Below are positions 37,757 to 48,433 of a stretch of DNA of 64,000 bases, piece after piece. The first letter of the stretch is position 1. Every line of letters begins with the position of its first letter. Under the pieces are notes generated by a model that had not been told where the DNA came from, did no database searches, and worked only from the letters and a program-made list of their open reading frames with translations. Position numbers and translations under genes: made by a program. The DNA lies in the NCBI GenBank assembly GCA_934141475.1, contig CAKPCG010000005.1, forward strand, positions 1,962 through 65,961, read 5' to 3'. Source of the stretch: an uncultured Clostridia bacterium. Its GTDB lineage: Bacteria > Bacillota > Clostridia > TANB77 > CAG-508.

Positions 37757-39772
37757 TTACAACTCAAACTGACTATTATATAAATCAGCATAAAATCCTT
37801 TTTTCTCCATTAATTCTTCATGATTTCCTTGTTCAATTATATTACCATTATTAATAACTAAAATTAAATCGGCATTTTTTATAGTAGATAATCTATGCGC
37901 AATAATAAATGAAGTTTTTCCTTCTGTTAATTTATCCATTGCTTTTTGAACTAGTTCTTCTGTTCTAGTGTCTACATTAGATGTTGCTTCATCTAAAATT
38001 AAAAATGGTGTTTTGTTTAGCATTCCTCTTGCTATTGTAAGTAATTGTTTTTGTCCTGCTGATACTTCGTCATTATCTGAAAGTTTTGTATCTAGTCCTT
38101 TTGGTAATGTTTTTATAAAATGGTCTAGTCCTACAACTTTGCATACTTCTTTTACTTGCTCATCTGTCACATTTTCAGTGTTATATACTATGTTTTCTCT
38201 AATTGTTCCGTCAAATAGCCAAGTGTCTTGTAAAACCATTGTAAACAAGTCATGAATATTTTCTCTTGTTAATTCTTTTGTAGATATTCCATCTATTTTT
38301 ATTTCTCCTGAATTTATATCATAGAATTTCATAAGTAAGTTAACAAGTGTTGTTTTTCCAGCTCCTGTTGGTCCTACTATTGCAATTTTTTGACCAGATT
38401 TTACTTTTGCACTAAAGTTTTGAATTGTAGGTTTTGGATTATTATCATATTGGAATACCACATTTTCAAATTCTATATTTCCTTTTGCTGTTTCTTTATT
38501 TAATTTTTTTGTAAATTTACTTTCATCTAACATTTCGGTTTCATCTAAAAATTTAAATACTCTTTCACTTGCAGCTCCTGTTGATTGAAGTGATGTCATT
38601 GCTTGTGCCATTTGAGAAAGTGGTGAAGTAAATAGTCTTACATATGTAATAAATGCAACTATTACACCAAATGAAATCATGTTTTTCATTGTTAATATTG
38701 CTCCAACTATACATACAGCAACATAACCAAAGTTTCCTATAAAGTTCATTAAAGGTTGCATTAATCCTGATAAAAATTGACTTTTTCTATTTGCTTCATA
38801 TACATTTTTATTTAATACATCAAATTTTTCGTTTGCTAATTTTCCTCCATTATATGCTTTTACAACATTTAATCCAGAGTAAATTTCTTCAATGTGTCCA
38901 TTTAATTTTCCTAGTTCTACCTGTCTTGCAACAAAGTATTTTTGTGATTTTCCAAGTATTCCAAACATAAATATAAATCCTATTAAGCTAGCTCCAATAG
39001 CTGTCAATGCCATTATCCAGTTTGTATAGAACATCATTACTATTGTTCCTAAAAATAGAACTACACTACTAACCAAAGTTGCTAATGATTGATTCATGCT
39101 TTGTGCAATTGTGTCTATATCGTTTGTTACTATTGATAAAATGTCTCCTATTAAGTGTTTGTCATAATATCTTAGTGGCAATTTGTTTATTTTACACGAA
39201 ATTCTTGAACGTAAACTTTTTGCAAATTTGTTTGCAACATCTGTCATTGCAATTGATTGTATAAATGTAAATAAGGCACTTAAAATATATAGAGTTGCTA
39301 AAGTAATTGCAATTTTTTTAACTCCTGCCATATCCATTTTAGGTTCTACAACTTTTTTTATACTATCTGGCATTTCATCTAATTTTGAATATAAATCTGC
39401 AGCTGTATCTTCTTCTTTCATTGTGCTCATTATTTCCATAAACCTTGTTTGATCTTCTATGCTTATTTTAGTTCCATCAATTTCAATTTCTTTTAGGTCT
39501 TGGGTCTTAAAATTTGTTTGTATTTGTTCAGATAAACTTTGCATATTATCTTTATTTACAACTAATCCTTCAGATATTTTATCTGTTAAATCTGATAGTT
39601 TATTAGGAGCAACTATAGACATTATAGAGCCTAGTATTGCTAGAACTATTGCTATAAATATTAATATTTTAAAAGGTTTTAATTCTAAAAAAAGCCTTTT
39701 CATTGCTCCTTTAAAGTCTTTTGCTTTATCGGTTGGGTCTCCACCTCTACCCATTGGTCCTCCTCTAGGCAT
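37757..39772 (-). CDS. ABC exporter permease/ATPase half-transporter carrying the consensus ATP site
   Basis: GPTGAGKTT, VSAGQKQLL, FLILDEATSNVD; six TM helices with a large extracytoplasmic insert. Confidence 0.9.
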   Translation of the reverse strand: MPRGGPMGRGGDPTDKAKDFKGAMKRLFLELKPFKILIFIAIVLAILGSIMSIVAPNKLSDLTDKISEGLVVNKDNMQSLSEQIQTNFKTQDLKEIEIDGTKISIEDQTRFMEIMSTMKEEDTAADLYSKLDEMPDSIKKVVEPKMDMAGVKKIAITLATLYILSALFTFIQSIAMTDVANKFAKSLRSRISCKINKLPLRYYDKHLIGDILSIVTNDIDTIAQSMNQSLATLVSSVVLFLGTIVMMFYTNWIMALTAIGASLIGFIFMFGILGKSQKYFVARQVELGKLNGHIEEIYSGLNVVKAYNGGKLANEKFDVLNKNVYEANRKSQFLSGLMQPLMNFIGNFGYVAVCIVGAILTMKNMISFGVIVAFITYVRLFTSPLSQMAQAMTSLQSTGAASERVFKFLDETEMLDESKFTKKLNKETAKGNIEFENVVFQYDNNPKPTIQNFSAKVKSGQKIAIVGPTGAGKTTLVNLLMKFYDINSGEIKIDGISTKELTRENIHDLFTMVLQDTWLFDGTIRENIVYNTENVTDEQVKEVCKVVGLDHFIKTLPKGLDTKLSDNDEVSAGQKQLLTIARGMLNKTPFLILDEATSNVDTRTEELVQKAMDKLTEGKTSFIIAHRLSTIKNADLILVINNGNIIEQGNHEELMEKKGFYADLYNSQFEL

Positions 39773-41528
39773 TATCTAATTCCTCCTTTGATAATTGTGA
39801 TAGTGCTATTTGTTTATAGACTTCACAAGTTTTTAATAACTCTTTATGAGATCCTATTCCTACAACTTTTCCATCATCTAGTACTAATATTTTGTCTGCA
39901 TTCATAATCGTTCCTATTCTTTGAGCAACAATTAAGGTTGTAGCTTCTTTAGTATATTTTTTTAATTCTTTTCTTAATATACTATCTGTTTTATAGTCTA
40001 AAGCTGAAAAGCTATCATCAAAAATATATATTTCTGGGTCTCTTGCAATAGCTCTTGCAATTGAAATTCTTTGTTTTTGTCCTCCAGATACATTGGTTCC
40101 GCTTTGAGCCATTTGTGTATTATAGCTGTTTTCCATTTTTTCAACAAATTCTTTTCCTTGAGCTACCTCTATTGCTTCTTTTACTTTTGTTTCTGAAATT
40201 TTACCTTTTCCATTATCTCCATAAGCTACATTTCCTGCAACTGTGTCATTAAATATTACCGCCTTTTGTGATACATATCCTATTTTATCATGTAAAAAAT
40301 GTTGATTATATTCTTTTACATTTATTCCATCAACTAAAACTTCTCCTTCTGTTGCATCATAAAATCTTGGAATTAAATTTATTAAAGTTGATTTACCAGC
40401 ACCTGTAGAACCAATAAATGCTATTGTTTCACCTTTATTTGCTTTAAAGGATACATTTTTCAAAACATAGTCTTCTCCATCAGGGTATTTAAATCCTACA
40501 TTTTTAAATTCTACTGTTCCAACTTCATCATTTGTCTTTTTATCGATAGATCCATCTTTTATAGAAATCTCTGTTTCTAAAACTTCGTTTATACGGTTTG
40601 CTGAAACTTGTGCACGTGGTACCATCATAAATATCATAGCAAGCATTAAAAATGACATTATAACTTGCATAGCATATGAACTAAATACAACCATATCACC
40701 AAATATTCCTATTTTGTCTGCCATTCCAGCATCTCTTATTAAATATGCTCCTATAAAGTAAATTCCTAAAGTTAAGAAATACATTACTAAATACATAGTT
40801 GGTGATAGAACAGAAAATGCTTTTTGGTTAAATAATTGTTGATTTGTAAGTTTGGTATTTACTTCTTCAAATTTCTCTTTTTGATATTTTTCGGCATTAA
40901 ATGCTCTCACAACTCTTATTCCTGTAAGGTTTTCTCTTGTTACCTCATTTATTTTGTCTATTAATTTTTGAACTATTTTAAATTTAGGCATTACAATTGC
41001 CATTAAAATTGCTATTACAGATAATAAAACAACAACTCCCACTGCTGTTAGTGTACTCCACTGCCAACTCTTGTTTAATATTTTTGTTATTGCCCAAACT
41101 GCTGTAATAGGTGCTTTTATACTTAATTGTAATCCCATTGCAACTAGCATTTGAATTTGTGTTATATCATTTGTTGTTCTAGTTATTAAACTACTTGTTG
41201 AAAATCCTTTTATCTCATTCATTGCTAAATTTCCAACTTTATTAAATAATTTTTTTCTTACTTTCATAGAAAATGTTGCAGATATTCCAGATGCTATATA
41301 TCCTACGATTATTGCAGACACTAAACTTCCAAAAGCACATCCTATCATATATCCTCCATTTTTTACAATTTCAGACATTTCGCTTCCTTCTGTTTGTACA
41401 AGTACTGTTATTTCAGACATATAATCTGGCATTTTTAGTTCTAGCCATACCTGACCCACTACTAGTACTAGACATATTATAGCCAACATCCATTCTTTTT
41501 TGCCTAAGTTTTTCAATAATTTTATCAT
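39765..41528 (-). CDS. ABC exporter half-transporter, partner subunit with a degenerate catalytic site
   Basis: GSTGAGKST, VSGGQKQR, and Walker B IYIFDDSFSALD (Asp replaces the catalytic Glu), as in LmrC/TM287-type heterodimers. Overlaps its partner by 8 nt. Confidence 0.88.
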   Translation of the reverse strand: MIKLLKNLGKKEWMLAIICLVLVVGQVWLELKMPDYMSEITVLVQTEGSEMSEIVKNGGYMIGCAFGSLVSAIIVGYIASGISATFSMKVRKKLFNKVGNLAMNEIKGFSTSSLITRTTNDITQIQMLVAMGLQLSIKAPITAVWAITKILNKSWQWSTLTAVGVVVLLSVIAILMAIVMPKFKIVQKLIDKINEVTRENLTGIRVVRAFNAEKYQKEKFEEVNTKLTNQQLFNQKAFSVLSPTMYLVMYFLTLGIYFIGAYLIRDAGMADKIGIFGDMVVFSSYAMQVIMSFLMLAMIFMMVPRAQVSANRINEVLETEISIKDGSIDKKTNDEVGTVEFKNVGFKYPDGEDYVLKNVSFKANKGETIAFIGSTGAGKSTLINLIPRFYDATEGEVLVDGINVKEYNQHFLHDKIGYVSQKAVIFNDTVAGNVAYGDNGKGKISETKVKEAIEVAQGKEFVEKMENSYNTQMAQSGTNVSGGQKQRISIARAIARDPEIYIFDDSFSALDYKTDSILRKELKKYTKEATTLIVAQRIGTIMNADKILVLDDGKVVGIGSHKELLKTCEVYKQIALSQLSKEELDNA

Positions 41529-41677
41529 TTTTTCCTTCCTTTCTTTTAATTTATACCACTACACTATTCAAGCATTTTAGTTGTATCTTTAAATTAATTT
41601 TTTGTGCATCGTTTATTATATAGTATTTATTTTAGCAATGTCAATAACTGTGTGCTAATTCACAAAACTTTCACATT

Positions 41678-42430
41678 TTAGTAAACAATCTCTCTTACTA
41701 TCTCACCTGCAATCATTAATCCTGCAACTGAAGGAACAAATGAAATACTTCCTGGAACTTGGTTTCTAATTGTACATTTTCTAGCCGTACCTGGAGGACA
41801 AATACAATTAGTTTTGCAACTACTAGAACTGTTATCATCTGGTTTTATTGGTTCTTCTTTAGAATAAATAACTTTTAAACTATCTATATTTCTCTTTCTT
41901 AGTTCTTTTCTCATAACTTTCGCAAGAGGACATATACTAGTTTTGTAAATATCTGTAATTTCAAATCTTGAAGGATCTAATTTATTTCCAGTCCCCATTG
42001 CTGAAATTATTGGTATTTCTAATTTTTTACAATTTACAACCAAATCTATTTTAGCAGTAACTGTATCTATGCAATCCACAACATATGTTAAATCCTTAGT
42101 TAAAATGTTTGAATTAGAACCTGGCATATAAAATTCTTGATATGTTTCTACTTTAGCATTTGGATTTATTTCTAAAATTCTTTCTTTTGCAACATCTGCC
42201 TTATATTTTCCTATTGTTTTTCTTGTTGCAATTATTTGTCTATTTAAATTTGTTAAACAAATTTTATCGTCATCTATTAATACAAAATTTTCTACACCTG
42301 CTCTTACTAATCCTTCAACCACAAAAGAGCCTACTCCACCTAGTCCAAAAATAGCAATTTTTGCATTATGTAATTTTTCCACTCCTTCTTTTCCTATTAA
42401 TAATTCTGTTCTTGAAAATTGATTTAACAT
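41678..42430 (-). CDS. tcdA: tRNA threonylcarbamoyladenosine dehydratase (ThiF/E1-like)
   Basis: FSRTELLIG..IAIFGLGGVGS..LIDDDKICLTNLNRQ. Confidence 0.85.
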   Translation of the reverse strand: MLNQFSRTELLIGKEGVEKLHNAKIAIFGLGGVGSFVVEGLVRAGVENFVLIDDDKICLTNLNRQIIATRKTIGKYKADVAKERILEINPNAKVETYQEFYMPGSNSNILTKDLTYVVDCIDTVTAKIDLVVNCKKLEIPIISAMGTGNKLDPSRFEITDIYKTSICPLAKVMRKELRKRNIDSLKVIYSKEEPIKPDDNSSSSCKTNCICPPGTARKCTIRNQVPGSISFVPSVAGLMIAGEIVREIVY

Positions 42431-42443
42431 TATTCTTCTCCTT

Positions 42444-43397
42444 CTACCTTAATTGATTTTCCTGTTTTCTTTTTCTTAATATTTGCTTTAGACCTTGAAT
42501 TCCTCTCATATTAATCCATCCATCTTCTACCATATTAGCAAATTGTTCTAAATTCATTTTTACAAACTGATTTTTTTCTTCTGAAAATACATATATATCT
42601 TGACAGCCTTTTGATTCTACTTCAATTGCCATTTTGTAGTTTTTTCTTTTATTAGTTTCTTTGTAACAATCAACTATATGAATTTTGCTATTTTCATCTC
42701 CAGAAAAAAGTAATCCATCTTTACCATTCAAACCTATTATATCTTCCATTCTCCATCTTCTATCTGCATAACCTATATTCTTATCTGTATATGCTTCTAC
42801 TTCTTCTAGGACAAATTCTACCTTTTTTCTAAAATCTGAAAAATAATTCATATTAATTTTTATCAGTTCTAAATACTCATCTGTATACCACTTATTATGT
42901 GACACATAGCCAATTTTTTTATCTATTTTTTCTAAATCTAATCTGCTTACTATTTGCTTTAATTCATCATTTATTGAAATTCCAAAATATTTTGTTCTTA
43001 AACATGATTTAATATTTCTCATATCTTCTTGTAAATCAAATATATAGATTGTTCCATCTTTTCCTTTTAAAATATTATATACATGTGGATATTTTCTATA
43101 ATCACTCTCTTCTACTATTGTTTTTATCTTTATTTCTAAACCATTCATTATATATTCATAGATTTTAGCAATAGTTTTACAAATAATAATATTGTTTTCT
43201 AAACTTTCTTCAATTGCTTCTTTACTTCCACTTTTATAATATATTTTTTGTTTTGCCTTAGAGTTTCCAAATGAAAAATCCAAATCAAAAACAAACCTTT
43301 TTCCAAGTTCAATATACACATATCTTAATTTTTCTATATCTGACATTGTTTCTGTTTCTATTTTTAGCTTTTCTATATATGTTTTTAAATTGCTCAA
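42444..43397 (-). CDS. Hypothetical protein, possibly with a transglutaminase-like Cys-His-Asp core
   Basis: Spacing of ..IIICKTIAKIYEYI.., ..YPHVYNIL.. and ..IYIFDLQED.. resembles a papain-fold C/H/D triad. Weak evidence. Confidence 0.35.
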   Translation of the reverse strand: MSNLKTYIEKLKIETETMSDIEKLRYVYIELGKRFVFDLDFSFGNSKAKQKIYYKSGSKEAIEESLENNIIICKTIAKIYEYIMNGLEIKIKTIVEESDYRKYPHVYNILKGKDGTIYIFDLQEDMRNIKSCLRTKYFGISINDELKQIVSRLDLEKIDKKIGYVSHNKWYTDEYLELIKINMNYFSDFRKKVEFVLEEVEAYTDKNIGYADRRWRMEDIIGLNGKDGLLFSGDENSKIHIVDCYKETNKRKNYKMAIEVESKGCQDIYVFSEEKNQFVKMNLEQFANMVEDGWINMRGIQGLKQILRKRKQENQLR

Positions 43398-43490
43398 TTA
43401 CGTCTCCCCTTTTTATTGTCTTTTCACTATTAAGACCGATTCATTTTTGAACATATGCCAAAATGAACCGGCCTAAAAAATGTAATAATA

Positions 43491-44426
43491 TTATATTTTT
43501 TTATCTCCAGTAAATCTTTTTTGTATTTTCTTTTTTCCTAATTTTAATGAAATTTTCGCCCTTCTTTTTCTACTATTCCAATCATCTACAACTGCTTTTT
43601 TGGTCTCAATTAGAGAGTTTTTCATTTCATCCGTCTTTTCTGAAATTGAATTTTTTACCTCTTCCTTTTTTTCACTTATAGTATTTTTTACATCTTGTGC
43701 TTTTTCATTTATACTGTTTTTTACTTCTATTGCATTTTCTTTTACTTCTTCTTTTATTTCTTTTATTTTTATTTTAATTGCAACTAATTTAGGGTATGCG
43801 TCAACAAGTCTCTTGTACATCCAAGATTTTGAACTTAAAATTTCTCTTACTTTCTTTGTAATTTGTTCTGTATTATCCTGTCTTCCTTCTCTACCGACTT
43901 GAACTGTTGTTTTTCTAAATCCTAATATTACAATTGTTGAAAGCACATTATCAACTAAATAAATTATTAATAAAATTATTGCTATAATATTTAAAGTTAC
44001 AGGATTTACTTTATTTAATCCATTTACTATTAATGGATTTGTAACATAGGTAAGTATCATTCCAAAAATACCAAATGGAATCATTGTTCCTAAACATACT
44101 CTACCATCTATATTAAATTTTCTTTTACTATAATCCCACCATCTTGCTTTAAATACCTTTTCCATAACCCAACTTGTTGCATATTCTAAAACAGAACATG
44201 TAAGAAGTGTCATCATAAAAAGAATAAGTGGATCATATGAATACCTATATAATAAAAACGTTATTGAAACTGCTCCCCATCCATATATTGGGCAATATGG
44301 ACCTATTAGAAATCCTCTATTTATAAATCTTTTGTATTCTATAAGCTTACAAGTTACTTCTAGTAACCAACCTGCAATAGAATATATCATAAATAATAAG
44401 AAATATTCAGTTATTGTTAGCTCCAT
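43491..44426 (-). CDS. Multi-TM protein of the putative ABC-transporter type IV (PF06541-like) family with a C-terminal 11-mer repeat tail
   Basis: LLFMIYSIAGWLLEV.. start and about six TM helices, then VKNSINEKAQD/VKNTISEKKEE/VKNSISEKTDE/MKNSLIETKKA. Confidence 0.6.
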   Translation of the reverse strand: MELTITEYFLLFMIYSIAGWLLEVTCKLIEYKRFINRGFLIGPYCPIYGWGAVSITFLLYRYSYDPLILFMMTLLTCSVLEYATSWVMEKVFKARWWDYSKRKFNIDGRVCLGTMIPFGIFGMILTYVTNPLIVNGLNKVNPVTLNIIAIILLIIYLVDNVLSTIVILGFRKTTVQVGREGRQDNTEQITKKVREILSSKSWMYKRLVDAYPKLVAIKIKIKEIKEEVKENAIEVKNSINEKAQDVKNTISEKKEEVKNSISEKTDEMKNSLIETKKAVVDDWNSRKRRAKISLKLGKKKIQKRFTGDKKI

Positions 44427-44457
44427 TTATCTCTCCTTTTTACTCCCTTTAGTTTTT

Positions 44458-46062
44458 TTATATCATATTTTTTGCAGCTTTTATTAATTCTACAAATAAA
44501 GGTGCTGGTCTATTAGGTCTTGATTTTAATTCTGGATGGAATTGACCTGCAATAAAATATGGATGATCTGTTATTTCTACTATTTCCACCAAACTTCCAT
44601 CTGGTGAAGTTCCAGAACATATAAGACCTGCATTTTCTAATCTTTCTTTATATTCATTGTTATATTCAAATCTGTGTCTATGTCTTTCATCTATTTTATT
44701 TGTTCCATAAGCTTTGCTTGCTAAACTTCCATCTTTTAATATACATGGATAGCTTCCTAGACGCATTGTTCCGCCTTTTTTCTTTATATCTTTTTGAGTT
44801 TCCATTATATGAATTACTGGATTTTTTGTATCTTGACTAAACTCTGCTGAATTTGCATCTTCTAATCCTAATACATTTCTTGCATATTCTATTACTGTCA
44901 TTTGCATTCCAAGACATATTCCTAAAAATGGTACTTTTTTCTCTCTTGCATATTTTATAGTTTCAATCATTCCTTCAATTCCTCTATTTCCAAATCCTCC
45001 TGGAACTACAATTGCATTATATTTTGATAAAACTTCTTTTACATTTCTTTTATCAATATTTTCAGAATCTACCATTTCAATTTCAACTTTTACCTTATTT
45101 GCAAATCCAGCATGTTGTAAGCTTTCAACTACAGATATATATGAATCTTCTAGCTGTACATATTTACCTACTATTGCAACTTTTATTTTATCTTCTGGAT
45201 TTATTGTTCTTATATTTTGTACCATTTCTTCCCATTTTGAGTTATCTGGAACAAAACTATCTAATCTTAAATGATTACAAACTTCTCTTGCTAGTCCTTC
45301 TTTTTCAAGCATTAATGGAACTGCATATAAGCAATCTGCTGTTTTATTTTGAATAACACTTGTTTTTCTAACATTACAAAATAGAGCTAATTTTTCCCTT
45401 ATATTTTCTGGAATTTCTTGTTCTGCTCTACATACTAGTATGTCTGGTTGAATACCTAAACTTTGTAATTCTTTTACAGAATGCTGAGTTGGTTTTGATT
45501 TTATTTCATTTGAACCTGATATATATGGTAGAAGTGTAACATGAACATATAATACATCTTCCTTATTTTTTTCTAATCCAACTTGACGAATTGCCTCTAT
45601 TATAGATAGACCTTCTATATCTCCTACAGTTCCTCCAACCTCAGTTATTACAATATCAACATCTGTATCTTCAAAGCTATATATTTTTTCTTTTATTTCA
45701 TTTGTAACATGTGGTATAACTTGAACTGTTTTTCCAAGGTAATCTCCTCTTCTTTCTTTTTCTAGTACAGATAAATACACTTTACCCATTGTTACACTTG
45801 AATTTTTTGTTAAATTTTCATCTATAAATCTTTCATAATGTCCTAAATCTAGGTCTGTTTCTGCTCCATCATCTGTTACAAATACCTCGCCATGTTCATA
45901 TGGACTCATTGTTCCTGGATCTACATTTAAATATGGATCAAATTTTTGTATTGTTACTTTATATCCTCTGTTTTTTAATAATCTTCCAAGTGATGCTGCA
46001 GTTATTCCCTTTCCTAATCCTGATACAACTCCTCCTGTTACAAATATGTATTTTGTGTTCAT
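44458..46062 (-). CDS. pyrG: CTP synthase
   Basis: [17 protein letters not shown].. and GICLGMQ glutaminase motif. Confidence 0.97.
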   Translation of the reverse strand: MNTKYIFVTGGVVSGLGKGITAASLGRLLKNRGYKVTIQKFDPYLNVDPGTMSPYEHGEVFVTDDGAETDLDLGHYERFIDENLTKNSSVTMGKVYLSVLEKERRGDYLGKTVQVIPHVTNEIKEKIYSFEDTDVDIVITEVGGTVGDIEGLSIIEAIRQVGLEKNKEDVLYVHVTLLPYISGSNEIKSKPTQHSVKELQSLGIQPDILVCRAEQEIPENIREKLALFCNVRKTSVIQNKTADCLYAVPLMLEKEGLAREVCNHLRLDSFVPDNSKWEEMVQNIRTINPEDKIKVAIVGKYVQLEDSYISVVESLQHAGFANKVKVEIEMVDSENIDKRNVKEVLSKYNAIVVPGGFGNRGIEGMIETIKYAREKKVPFLGICLGMQMTVIEYARNVLGLEDANSAEFSQDTKNPVIHIMETQKDIKKKGGTMRLGSYPCILKDGSLASKAYGTNKIDERHRHRFEYNNEYKERLENAGLICSGTSPDGSLVEIVEITDHPYFIAGQFHPELKSRPNRPAPLFVELIKAAKNMI

Positions 46063-46201
46063 ATTTTCTCCTTTTCTAAAACCAAATTTTTTAATTCTTT
46101 TAAATAAAAAAAGATTAAAATTTTAACTACCAATAAATTTGGTTTTTTTTTTCCTAAAATCGCTTTAGGAAACTTTGGTGTTAAATTTAATCTACTATGC
46201 T

Positions 46202-46230
46202 ATTATAATATCTTTTTTGGTATTTTGCAA
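46202..46230 (-). promoter_or_regulatory. Sigma-A promoter of pyrG
   Basis: Minus strand reads TTGCAA-17 nt-TATAAT, leaving a leader of about 130 nt. Confidence 0.6.
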
Positions 46231-46297
46231 TAGTTTATTTAAAATTAACAACTTGTAACGCTACATTATTTAAAATAAATCAATTTTTCAATATTAT

Positions 46298-46325
46298 TTG
46301 ACTTTTTTCTACTTTTGGGTATAAT
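46298..46325 (+). promoter_or_regulatory. Sigma-A promoter of deoD
   Basis: TTGACT-16 nt-TATAAT, then RBS AAGGAGG. Confidence 0.6.
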
Positions 46326-46346
46326 ACTTTCAAGGAGGTAATTATT

Positions 46347-47060
46347 ATGGGAACACCACACAATAATGCTAATGTTAATCAAATTGCAAAAAATGTAATT
46401 ATGCCTGGAGATCCAAACAGAGCAAAATTAATTGCAGAAAAATTTTTAGAAAATTACGAATTAGTAAATGATGTAAGAGGAATATATGCTTATACAGGAA
46501 CATATAAAGGAAAACCGGTAACTGTTATGGCATCTGGTATGGGAATGCCTAGTATGGGAATTTACTCATATGAACTTTTTAAGTTTTACGATGTACAAAA
46601 TATAATAAGAATCGGTTCTTGCGGTGCACTAGTACCAGAACTTAATATGTTTGATATTATTCTTAGTAATCAAGTTTTCACAGAAGGAAATTATGCTCTT
46701 ACTTTTGCAAGTGAAAACTGTCATGTTGTAAATTCAAGTAAACTTTTAAATGATCAAATTATTGCAACTGCTAAAGAAAAAGATATAAACCTAATCTTTG
46801 GAAATACAGTTTGCTCTGAGGTTTTTGATGAATATATATTAAAATTAGATGAATATAAAAATAGAATTCCAAAAGATCTAAAACCCGTTTCTGTTGAAAT
46901 GGAAGCTTTTGCTCTTTTGTATAATGCTTATAAACTTGGAAAAAATGCAAGTTGTCTTATGACTGTTGTTGATTCTATTTTTAAAGATTCTCATGCTACT
47001 ACTGAAGAAAGAGAAAGTAATTTAAATAAGATGATTGAACTTGCTTTAGATAGTATTTAA
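46347..47060 (+). CDS. deoD: Purine nucleoside phosphorylase, DeoD type
   Basis: GTPH..VIMPGDPNRAK..MASGMGMPSMGIYSYEL..EMEAFAL. Confidence 0.9.
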   Translation: MGTPHNNANVNQIAKNVIMPGDPNRAKLIAEKFLENYELVNDVRGIYAYTGTYKGKPVTVMASGMGMPSMGIYSYELFKFYDVQNIIRIGSCGALVPELNMFDIILSNQVFTEGNYALTFASENCHVVNSSKLLNDQIIATAKEKDINLIFGNTVCSEVFDEYILKLDEYKNRIPKDLKPVSVEMEAFALLYNAYKLGKNASCLMTVVDSIFKDSHATTEERESNLNKMIELALDSI

Positions 47061-47142
47061 TTTAATTTTAAATATAATTATTTTCAAAAAATATAAGTCT
47101 TTTTTTCATATCAATAAATTTGCTTGTATTATAAAAAACAAA

Positions 47143-47183
47143 ATACCGAAGCCACAAAAATTATAGCTTCGGTATTTTTTATT
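47143..47183. terminator. Bidirectional terminator between deoD and the HD-domain gene
   Basis: ATACCGAAGC-13 nt loop-GCTTCGGTAT followed by TTTTTATT and preceded by an A-run. Confidence 0.8.
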
Positions 47184-47200
47184 ATGAGATTTAGATGGAC

Positions 47201-48202
47201 TTATTTATTATATTCTGCCCAAAAAATTTTTGATGCTCTATCGAATTTATTCTGAATTTCTTCCAAAGAAACTCCCTTTTTAGCAACAATCTTTTCTTTC
47301 GCATCCTCTGGCACAGTTCCGCCAATTAATTGTGTTAATTCGATTAACTTATTTCCGAATTCCGCCAAGAAAAATCCTCTGTTTACAGGGCTAAACGCTT
47401 TTCGTCTCTTAGCAATATCATCCAGTCTTTCTTTTGGAGATACAATGCCGTAACTTGTTGCCATTAAGTCAGATACATTTAAAATTAAATCATATAATGT
47501 AAATTTGTAATGACTTAAAAAAGCGGAAACATCATCTTTAGAATAGCCCTTCTTCCAGCATGGATTTCCATTATCGTCAACATAGAAGCTTTCTTCTGGT
47601 TCATCATTCCATGAGCTCCTGCATCCATTGAAAAATGAATGTGTAAGGCAACCTATTGCCTCATCATTCCAGCCAATAGTACTCAGTCTTTCAAATCCTG
47701 CTGTAATATGTCTTACATCCTGGTAAGCTTTTCTTCCATAATCATGGAGAAGTCCATAATTGAAAGCTCTTCTAGCATCAAGCCCCAGCTTTTCTGCTAA
47801 ATTACGGGATAATTTTGCTTCCCACAAGCAGTGTCCCAACCAATGGCTGGTGTTGATTTTGCCGTCCATAATGGTTTTTGTTCCTAAAGTCCCGTAACTT
47901 TCGAGACATTCATAAGCACTTTTAAGTACAATTTTTTTACTTTCCTCGGAAATACATACTTTACTTGTGTTGATTTTCTGTGTTAACATGTATGCCTCTT
48001 CTTCAGTTAATTTGATTCCTTTTTTCTCGTAATTTTTAGAGATTACCCGGCACAAATTATCTAAAGTTTCTGCTTCAACATCACTAAAAAGTAATGTAGT
48101 AGCATCACCCTCAGAATGTGAAAAGCCAGCATATTCCCTCTGTCCTGCTCTGATTGCTTCTGTTAAATAATTTTTTGTGCTGAAATTTAATACCGTACTC
48201 AT
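47201..48202 (-). CDS. HD-domain (metal-dependent phosphohydrolase) protein
   Basis: HWLGHCLWEAKLS..GLLHDYGRK. The ATG at 48202 (MSTVLNF) follows AAGGAG. One in-frame CGG Arg. Visibly GC-richer than its flanks. Confidence 0.65.
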   Translation of the reverse strand: MSTVLNFSTKNYLTEAIRAGQREYAGFSHSEGDATTLLFSDVEAETLDNLCRVISKNYEKKGIKLTEEEAYMLTQKINTSKVCISEESKKIVLKSAYECLESYGTLGTKTIMDGKINTSHWLGHCLWEAKLSRNLAEKLGLDARRAFNYGLLHDYGRKAYQDVRHITAGFERLSTIGWNDEAIGCLTHSFFNGCRSSWNDEPEESFYVDDNGNPCWKKGYSKDDVSAFLSHYKFTLYDLILNVSDLMATSYGIVSPKERLDDIAKRRKAFSPVNRGFFLAEFGNKLIELTQLIGGTVPEDAKEKIVAKKGVSLEEIQNKFDRASKIFWAEYNK

Positions 48203-48433
48203 AATTTTCTCCTTTTGCTTTTGTTTTTGCAATGCCTAATTAGACTGATAATTGCCTCACTTTCTCGTTATCCTCCTTAATGTGTTCGAGACATTATTGT
48301 TTGCAATTCATCAGATTTTTAACACATATATGATATCATAATTTACATAACATGTCAATTTATTTTATACACTAGTTAATCCATATTTTATTAACCATTA
48401 GCTTTATGCAACCTTTTTTGTGCCTAAGCAATT

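Noticed and set aside
46063-46201. The pyrG leader hairpins (UUUCCUAAA..UUUAGGAAA; AAACCAAAUUU..AAAUUUGGUUU) as a CTP-sensing reiterative-transcription attenuator like the one in Bacillus.
   Set aside because: I see no G-run at the predicted start and no convincing terminator (a stem followed by a U-run in the right orientation). AT-rich sequence yields many fortuitous stems, so I cannot support the call.
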